Origin: Nemertoderma westbladi
Lineage: Eukaryota > Animalia > Xenacoelomorpha
DNA: 38,589 nucleotides
Direction: 5' to 3'
Assembly: GCA_032718475.1 (NCBI GenBank)
Contig: JAUCBJ010003614.1
Coordinates: 1 to 38,589 of the forward strand
Shown: positions 22,901 through 31,790 of the stretch, one piece after another
How positions within the stretch are numbered: position 1 is the stretch's first letter
How the letters are laid out: every line of letters begins with the position of its first letter
Notes under the pieces: model-generated
The model's input: the letters and a program-made list of their open reading frames with translations, nothing else
Told to the model about the DNA's origin: nothing
Database searches by the model: none
Made by a program: the position numbers and the translations under genes

Positions 22901-23705
22901 CCATGGAACCATTCAAATTCGATGGAAGTAGGCCGGAAGAATACCTACAGTTTCGGCGCATGTATAGTAACGAAATATTAACAAAGAATTTGACGCAGGC
23001 GGAGTGCCTAAAGTATCTGCAAGTATATACAGGGGGCCCAGCATACGACATCGTGAGGCAATACCAGGGCATCGAGGGGGGCTTCACGACGGCATGGCGG
23101 GCATTAGACAGGGAATACGGGCACCCGACCAAGATCATCCGGCAGACCCTGAGAGGTATAACATCGGGTGGCCTACAGGATAACCCCATTAGCATAAAGA
23201 CATTCGCTAACAAAGTCGAGAAGTTGCTAATCGTACTAAAGACGCTGGACGCGCCATACAAACTCAACGCGTCTAACAACATCACTACGATAGCGCAGGC
23301 ACTACCGATTTGGCTGCGCAACAAGTGGAGAAAAATCGCTTTCACCACTCGAGATAGGAACGGTGCGGAACCGGGTTTAGAAGAGATGTCGAGCTTCTTA
23401 AACTATGACAACAACAAAAAATAACAACACAAATAAACATAACCCCAGCACGCCCAGTAGGCCGAACCCAAACAACAAGAATAGTATGGACTTTGGTACA
23501 AACATAAGTGCGATATGCAATGCACTTTATAAGGATGGCTACAACCCAAAGAGCAAATGCCAACTACATACAAATGCACTTCATCAGACCATGAACTGCA
23601 GGTATTGGTAAGCGCTACCCAGTGAAGATCAGGTAGAATACGCGAGGAGAAATGAAATCTGCTCGCGATGTGTGATGAGTGGACATAGAGCTAACCAATG
23701 CAAAG
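19949..23705 (+). pseudogene. gag: Gag of element A, disrupted: long charged/coiled-coil and Asn-rich N-terminus, DUF1759-like core, Cys/His knuckles
   Basis: MEPFKFDGSRPEEYLQFRRMY...AWRALDREYG...LPIWLRNKW, CQLHTNALHQTMNC and CSRCVMSGHRANQC. Frameshifts near 21780, ~22190, the 22606-22625 poly-G and ~23400. Confidence 0.85.
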
Positions 23706-23769
23706 AAACGCCAATTAAGTTCGGTCAGAGTAAAGGACAGACAATGGCAACGAGCACCGTAGTGGCGAG

Positions 23770-26700
23770 GAAGAGAGGAACGGTACTATTAGGGGTAGTA
23801 CCAGTAAGGGTAATCGGGGAAGGCAATCGATCAGTAACCACACTGATGCTGGTCGACAGTGGTGCAGCCTTCACCTTAGTTGAGGATTGGGTGGCCGAAG
23901 AGATAGGATTGAGAACGAGGCCAAGTAGAATGGCGGTAACAACCATCTCCAGCAAAGATGAGGTTCTGGAGATGAGGACCAGACGGTGCGCGATAGCAGC
24001 GATAGCACCGGGATGCCACTATGGGGCGACCATCAACCCCATCCAGGTGATAGAGTCGATAAATATCAACGCCAGGCGGCCAACCAACATCGAGGTCGAA
24101 CAATATAGATTCCTGGACAGTATCGACTTCTCAATCCCAGAGGTGGACGTTAGGAAGGTATCCATCATAGTAGGAATGGACTGCCCAACGGCCCACGAGA
24201 GAATGCAAACGGTCTTCGGCGAAGACAGGCAGTGTGACCCGGTGGCGATATTAACACCATTCGGGTGGACGCTAAGCGGCCCAATAAGGAGCAAAATACC
24301 ATTTAGGATGTCGGAGACATCAGGATGCATGTTCGCGGGAACTATGCGAGAAATGGGAGATGAGGGAGTGGAGGAGCAGCTCAGGAGACTGCTCAGGCAG
24401 GATTTTGAGGGATTAAAAGAGACCGGGGTCGGGACCTCAGTAGAAGACAAGCAGGCTTTACAAAGTGTAAAGGAATCGATGACATGCGATGAGGGGCGGT
24501 ATACCATAGGAATGGTATGGAAGCTACCGAAGCTACCGTTACCCGACAATAAAGGGATGGTACTCACAAGGCTTCGTAAGTTGAAGCAGACGCTAAAACG
24601 GAGCCCCGAGAAGAATGAGTACATTCATAAGACAATCAGGAAGTATGTCGAGAAAGGATGGGCCGTGGAGTTACCGGTCGACAAACCAAGAACGGACAGG
24701 ACCTATTACCTGCCACTCCACGTGGCTCTAGACCCGAAGAAAGGTAAACTGCGGATGGTAGTTGACGCATCGGCCAAGACCAACGGAAAATGCCTAAACG
24801 ATTATCTGCTGGAGGGTCCCAACATCTACAACTCAGGGATCGAGGTCCTACTCAGATTCAGGAATGGTAAACACGCTTTGACTTGCGACATCGAAGGCAT
24901 GTTCAACCAAGTCTGTGTAATGGAAGAGGATAGCGACAGCCAGCGCTTCCTATGGTACGACGGCGATGAGGAACCTAGTTCCAAGGAATGGGTCCCGGAT
25001 GAGATCAGCAAGCAATGGAGCAAGTGGACAGAGAGTTTAGAGCAGATGGGAACATACAGCATGCCACATGTATATTTCCCGGATGGGGACATGACGAATC
25101 TGGATCTGTACATGTTCTCCAATGCGTCATTCGAGGCATACGGAGCGGCACTCTACTTAGTACAACGAGAGGGGGCTCACAAGCCCAGACTCGCATTCAG
25201 CAAAGCGAAGTCGACGCCACCAGATTCAGCATCAGTTCCGAAACTCGAGTTGACAGCTGCGAGATTAGGAGTTAGGGCCACAGCCTACTTAGTGGACGCT
25301 ATTCCCAACATAGTGGAAACACATTACTGGACGGATTCCATGGTAGTGCTCGGTTGGCTACATAACGAAAGGACGAGATACCCCATATTCGTCGCAAATA
25401 GGGTGGACGAAATAAGGGCGACCACAGAGTTAGAAAGGTGGCACTACCGCCCAACGGACGAGAACCCGGCGGACTTGTTATCGAGGGGCGTGGCACGCCA
25501 CACTTTCTTGAGGAAGGAAGTATTGTGGCAGCATGGGCAGCAATTCCTGAACGATAAGACAGCCTGGCCGCCGATGAGAAAGGTGGACCCGGGCGCAGAA
25601 CAAGTAGCGTTAGAGGAGGAGGGAGTAGATTCAGAAGGTGAGGAGATATATAGCCAGATGGTGAGGGAGATAAGGGACGTGCAACCGAAACCGGAAGAAC
25701 TGTGCGATAACCCAACGGACAAACTCCTTAGCTACAGCTCTAGTTCGTATAAGACCAAGAAGTTAGTGGCGTACTGGAGAGCCTTCGGGGACTTCCTTAG
25801 GGGAACCGGTAGAGATACAAAAGGTAAAATAACCGTCGATCTGGAGGGGGCGGCCAAAGCCGTCATCCACTACGAACAGAGGAAGAATTACGGCAATGAG
25901 GTGGAACGCGTCGGTAAACAACACCATCTCTGATGGGACAGCGAGCTGATCGCACTGTCACCACAACTCAATGATGACGGGATCCTAGTAATGAACTCTA
26001 GGGTGTTGAACAACAACAGTATTGTCATCCCAACAAAGCCCATCATCATCCCTAATGGATCACCGATAGTCCATCAGATCATCTGGGACTCCCATAAGTC
26101 GATATTGCACGGGGGCACCAACCGAACCCTCACGGAGATACGAAGGACCTTTTGGGTCAAACAGTTGAGAAAGAAGGTAAAGGCAGTAGTGGGGCAGTGC
26201 CAGACCTGCCGACGAGCTAAGAAGGAGTGGGCCATACAGGAAATGGCACCACTACTGGCCAGTAGAGTAAGACAGCACGACCCGCCATTTACGCATTGCG
26301 GTGTGGATATGTTTGGGCCGATAAAGATTAAGGTGATGCGACACACGGGAAGCGCTACGGCATCATCTTCGTATGTAACAACACATGGGCGGTAGGGTTA
26401 GAACTCGCCCAAGATGCAACCGCATCAGCATTCATTAAAGCTCTAGAAAGGTTCAGAGACCGCAAAGGTGGGACGATCGCAGTAATATATTCTGACAACG
26501 GAACCAACTTTATGGGGGCAGAGAACGAGATGGCGGATGCCTTAGATATCCTGGAAGGGGAAGAAGTCAGGGCAGCCATGAGAAGACGACAGGTGAAGTG
26601 GGAGAGGAGAACGCCGTATGCTCCACATACTCTAGGATGCATCGAGAGACTAGTGGGTAGTTCCAAGCGTCTGATGACGAAATTGATGAACACCCAAATG

Positions 26701-27194
26701 GTAACAGAGGACGTGCTGAGGATGGTACTAGCAAAGTGCGAGGGTATCATTAATAGCAGACCGCTATATCCAGAAAATGATGACCCGGAGTCATTAGACG
26801 TGCTGACGCCCAGTCACTTTCTAATGGAGAGGCCAGCGGCCATCGACATGCGGGGTGTAGACCCAGACGATATACACTCCTGACAGAGTTGGAAAGTCGC
26901 TAAGGCGATAAGCGCAGAGTACTGGAGGAGGTGGGTCGAAGAATATCTACCCACGCTTCATAGGAGGAGCAAGTGGTGAAATACAAATAGGGAGTTGAAG
27001 GAGGGTGATCTGGTGATCGTCACAGACGATAACATCATCAACAACCAATGGAGATTGGCGAGAGTTGTGGGCACTTACTCCGATGAGGATGGATAGTGCG
27101 GATAGGTGGGAAAATAGGAGCGAAAGATAGAAAGACCTATAGAAGGGCTGTAGGCAAGTGCTGCCTACTAGAGGGAGCACCTTAAACGAATAGA
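23770..27194 (+). pseudogene. pol: Pol of element A: protease, internally deleted RT, RNase H, integrase
   Basis: LVDSGA; TPFGWTLSGP; YYLPLH...LRMVVDAS...LNDYLLEGP...DIEGMFNQV...RFLW; FSNAS, PKLEL, WTDS, NPADLLSRG; HHCC, GVDMFGP, SDNGTNF, ERLV. Stops at 25931 and 26881, frameshift ~26348. Confidence 0.95.
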
Positions 27195-27309
27195 GTTTAG
27201 TCATCCAAGTTTTGGACTGAGGGGGGTGGGATTGAGGGCGAGACGCCCTTCCCACACATAAAATATAAAAAAAATAATAAATAAAGAAAGAGTAAGCAGG
27301 CAGATGGAA

Positions 27310-27785
27310 GTTAGTAAGAGTTAGGCAGATAGTAAGAGTTAGTAGTTAGAGGGTACATAGTACCGTTAGTTAGTTAAGTAGTTAGAAGGTATGTAGTACC
27401 TCTTATTAGTTAGTAAGAGTTAGTAGTTTGAGGGTACGTAGCACCGCTAGTTAGTTAGTAAGAGGGTACATAGTACCGTTAGTTAGTTAGAGAGAGTTAG
27501 AGTTAGTAAGAGTGTACGTAGTACCGTTAGTTAGTTGGAGAGAGTTAGAGTTAGTAAGAGGGTACGTAGTAGCGTTAGTTAGTTGGAGAGAGTTAGAGTT
27601 AGTAAGAGGGTACGTAGTACCATTAGTTAGTTAGAGAGAGTTAGAATTTAGTAAGAGGGTACGTAGTACCGGTTAGTTAGTTAGTGGAGTTAGAGGTTAG
27701 TGAGAGTGTACGCAGTACCGTTAGTAGAAGTTAGTTAGAAGTCAGTAAGAGGGTACGTAGTACCGGTTGGTGGAAGTTAGTTAGA
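27310..27785. repeat. Minisatellite (~45-bp unit) in the pol-ORF3 spacer of A
   Basis: Repeats of ttagtaagagggtacgtagtaccgttagttagttagagagagttagag. Confidence 0.9.
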
Positions 27786-27870
27786 AAATTGCAATTTAGG
27801 GTACAATTTAGCACTTTTAGAAATTAAATAGAAAAAATTAGGCTATAACTCAAAATTAAGTAAGAAATAG

Positions 27871-27975
27871 GCCATTGTCGAACTGTACAGACCATCTTAA
27901 ACTTATCACTCATCTGTACTGCGCCTTGGCAAGGCACCACCTTACAGGTGAGCGAGTGAGAGAGTTCGGAATGGC
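27871..27975 (+). promoter_or_regulatory. Predicted structured RNA element enclosing the ORF3 start codon (A)
   Basis: GCCATT..CGAACT/AGTTCG..AATGGC, CTCATCTGTA/TACAGGTGAG and GCCTT-ggc-AAGGC. Same fold with different sequence in B. Confidence 0.6.
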
Positions 27976-30540
27976 GGGGAAACTGATCAGGAAGAGAAAG
28001 GCGGAGTCAGGAGGAAAGGAAATACTGGTGGATTTCACCAAGAGGCATCCAGAAGAGAAGACGAGGGGATACTACGAGCGGTTAGAGAGAGGTCACACAG
28101 CGCGAGCGCTACAGGACCATTTCAGGGAGGTGCACGAACAGCGGCTGGTCAGGACCTACGGGACGCCATCGCTGGACAACGCGATCTTCGAGCATTTCCA
28201 ATACATGGTGAAAGGAGACGAGGCGAAGTTTGGGATTCCGAAGTACGCGAGAGAGCCACCGAGGAAAGATTGGAAGAGGTTCGTAGAGTCCGTCAGCAGA
28301 GAAGGGTACATGGTCCTAGATGATGAGGGGACCGTGGCAGATGAGGAGGGTTCGAGGAGAGGATCGGCGGGGTCAGCCAGAACCATACTCCTACATTTGG
28401 CCGCGCCAAATGGGGATATATTCCTATTCGATCTAGGAACGTATGGAAAGAAGGACGGGCCGAAGTTGAACTGGTTTCCGAAGGCGGTGCAAACCCTAGT
28501 GAGAGAGAAGTCGACGACGAAAGTGGGATCGGCGATTCGCGACGACGCGGAGAGAATCATCGGTCCGGACACCCCGAACCTTCTGGATATGCAGACGGTC
28601 TATATGGCTATGACAGCACCAGACGGGTTGGGACTAGTGGAGAACACAGGACATTGCGGGGCGGTGGCAATGGGCCATCTAATGGGGCTCGTGTGTCACA
28701 AACCGATGGACTGGAGTAAGTTCAGCGAGGAGTACGGAGCGGACTTGGCGAACTCGCTGAAGTGGGGAGCGAGGCCAGGGAGACAAGAGGTGTATCAATT
28801 CCGGAGAGGAGCGATAAAGGTATATCAGAAGCGATATATCCTACAGGAGGACTGGATAATGATAGGTTTGCTTAACCTATTCATGACCGTGGTTATCGAG
28901 AGGGAACCAACGGCATTCCTATTATCGGGATCACCCCTAAGCTACAGAAGAGCCTTTAAGACGGCTTTCGAGGGTCTGGTAGACCACCCGGGGCTGAAGG
29001 GCGAGTCGGTGTACTACAACAGCCGACATCTGGTAGACGGGGAGGTAGATACGCCATATCAGAGGTGGGAGCAGCTAGAGACGGATAGACGAGAGGCGAA
29101 GCGATTGGAAGAAATCGCTAGACAGGAGAGGAGAGAAGCAGAGGAAAGGGAGGAGGAAGCTAGGGCACAGAGCTACGGCTTCGAGGACCAGGCGGCCTTA
29201 GACAAACTTCGTTGGACATCGTCAGGGAGTTCGGGGGAGTCTCTCGGGCGAGAATTAGGATGGACGGTGGGATCACCGAAACAGTCGACGTCGGGATTGC
29301 AGACGACGCCCATATCAGCGGGCGCCGAGGGCGATCAGCCGCTAAGGAGGCTAGGGGAGCTGGAAGGATGGAAAGTTACGGGCGAGAGCCAAGGCGGGAA
29401 GGGACACAGTGGGTCCACCGGGATACCGGGGTTGGAGCCACTGCCAGAGGAGGACGAGGACGACGACGAGTTCGGAGAGATGCCGCCCATCGGGAGGATC
29501 AGCCACTCGGACACAGACTGGGTTGGCGGGAGGGTGGTGACGGCCAGTGGGGCGAGAGCCTTCTGGGATAGACCCGGCAAGCGGGCCTGGGTGCATGAGG
29601 ACCCAGCGATGGATTTCACGGGGAGCACTATCAGGTTGGGCGAGCAACCGGGCACGGCACCACGGGTAGTATTCGGGGAGACGATGCCCGGGAGGGGCGA
29701 GGAGATCGACATAGACAGGGACGCTAACGTCCGGAAGTTCGCTTACCAGCGACTCCACAGACCGCGGAGATCGCTTGGGACGAAAGACGATGTGGGGCGG
29801 GAGACATTGGTGCTTGGCTGTGACTACTGTGGGAGACAGACCCATCAGGAAAGGAGCTGTTTGTACCGGTTCCAGAAAGGGACTAGTTGTCTCTACTGCC
29901 ACGAGTCGAGCCACAGGATGGGGGCGTGTCCACGGTTGCACAACTGGTGTTCGAAGTGCAACTTTTGGGGACACTATACGGACGCCAGTGCGACTGGATG
30001 GACGACGAAGAGAAGTTTAGGATCTTCGAGGAGTGGGCCGACGTCGGAGCCATGACTCGGCAACGCATGAAGGCCCAGGAGTTCCGGTGGGGCTTCTTTA
30101 ACATCAATCAGGAGGCCCACATGGAGATTATTAAACGGAGGCTTCCGTTTACTTACCAGGAAGTGGCGACGGCGGCGTCGTATGCCGGAGTGATAAATAC
30201 GCAGAGGTATTTGGACAGGTGGATGCCACAGAACAGAGGAGAGTTCAGGGATTTCTTGGTGGAGCATGTGCCGCGGGCGATGAAAGTGATCCTATGGGAC
30301 GCCACCAGGGGGAGACAACAGGGCCACTCGGAGGGGCCACCCGCGAAGCGATACCAGGAGCTAATAACACCAGCGCCCAAGGAGTCGACGACAGGGATTA
30401 GTAAAGAGGTGACAGCGAGGGTCAGGAGCCTGAAAGCAGACAAGACCAAAGGAGCGGCAGTGACCAGGAAACGACCAAGGGAGGAGGACAATAGAGGGAA
30501 AGAGTTGAGGTGGTTCCCAAAGGCAGGTGGAACGAACTAA
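27971..30540 (+). pseudogene. ORF3 of A: DEDDy-like 3'-5' exonuclease + coiled coil + 3 CCHC knuckles (2-bp frameshift at ~29975)
   Basis: ATG 27971 matches ATG 34408 of B. Motifs VLDDEG, LLHLAAPNGDIFLFDL, KVGSAIRDDAERI, LLDMQ, QKRYILQED. Knuckles CDYCGRQTHQERSC, CLYCHESSHRMGAC and, after repair, CSKCNFWGHYGRQC. Confidence 0.8.
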
Positions 30541-31223
30541 GACATCCGTGTAATATGCTTGGAAGGCACCACGCGAGACGTGCGAACTCCTAAGTACGAA
30601 TTCAAGTAATTTAAATAATTGAAAAGTGCAATTAGTATGTACGTACGTAGTAATCATTATTAGTTTAGCAAGTAAATACAATGAAAGTAAGTACTATAGT
30701 CGTACAACCTTTTCTCAATTAGCTACTGGGACTGGGGACCAATAGACTATAATACTATCACGGACGAGACACTGGACGACATCACACTTCTTGAGTGCGA
30801 TGGCACAGGAGGGGGGTGAACTCGTCGGGAGTGAGTGGGTGAGATAGGGGTTGAGTTGTAGTGCGGAGAGAGTGTGGGTGCAATTCAAGTGTGGGGGGGG
30901 GGAGGAATAAGAGGCTGAGTGAGGGACAGGGAAGTCCGAGAGTTAGAGCGGAAGTGGGGAGAAGTAGAGGAGAGTCAGGGTGAGATGAGTGGAGTTGGAG
31001 TGGCGAAAGTGTTGGGGAAACAAAAGTCGTGTGAGAGGAGCACGCGATCAGCCCGACACGGGATGCCAGGTAAACAGGGTAGCGATATCATACCCATAGG
31101 GGGCGGTCTGGAAAGCCGGCTCCGAGAAAAATAGTTCCACCCCACACTCGATGCTAGGTCGAGATCCAGCGGAATTGTAGCGCACTAGAGGTGGATGCTA
31201 TCTTCTCACCGGGAAGATAACAT

Positions 31224-31239
31224 GGGGGGGGGGGGGGAG
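31224..31239 (+). other. Polypurine tract of A
   Basis: G14-AG immediately before the 3' LTR TG. Confidence 0.9.
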
Positions 31240-31790
31240 TGTTAGCATATTCAATTCCGCTAACCAGGCCCACACAAAGTTGGTTTTAAGCAATATTGGG
31301 AGCACGAGGTTGGTTACCAATCAACCTCGTGTCACCCCAATAAGCGGGGACAACAGGCCCCAAGGGAACACACACAGTGGGGGTCAGAGGTTACACCTAT
31401 GGGAGGGAGAGAGAGACAGCAGCGGGGGGGAAGCACTCCCAGGGAGATGGGAGGGTGAGAAGTGAGTTATTAGCCAATGGGGGGAAGGCATCGGCTGAGT
31501 AATGTAATGCGGCCAAGGTATCTGTGTTATTTGCTCACTTTAGCTAGTCAGTGCAGTCAGGGCGGAACGGGAACTTCTATCACCGTCCGCTACCGCCACC
31601 ACATGCAATACTTATTACCGGTATCTGTTAATCCTATACTCAATACTGTGCTCAGTTTACTTATTCAATATATCTCATATACATCAATCAAAGAACTTCA
31701 GAACTCTTAACGAACCTTTTCATATACACGGCGGGGACGCATAGATCGAAAACCCAAACGGATAAATCGGGATCCGTAGATCCCGTCACA
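31240..31790 (+). repeat. 3' LTR of element A (551 bp)
   Basis: Direct repeat of 19335-19902 with an 18-bp deletion. Confidence 0.97.

Larger units (their letters stand above)
19335..31790 (+). mobile_element. Full-length but mutated BEL/Pao LTR retrotransposon A (12.46 kb) with extra ORF3
   Basis: TG...CA LTR pair, 5-bp TSD CCCAT (19330-19334, 31791-31795), gag-PR-RT-RH-IN order with BEL/Pao motifs, PPT. Confidence 0.96.

Noticed and set aside
29965-29985. Programmed frameshift in ORF3
   Set aside because: B is in frame here, and removing a duplicated TA restores the third CCHC knuckle.
27875-30540. ORF3 as an envelope gene
   Set aside because: No signal peptide or C-terminal TM anchor. 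It has nuclease and knuckle motifs instead. The 27875 start is a non-ATG extension.
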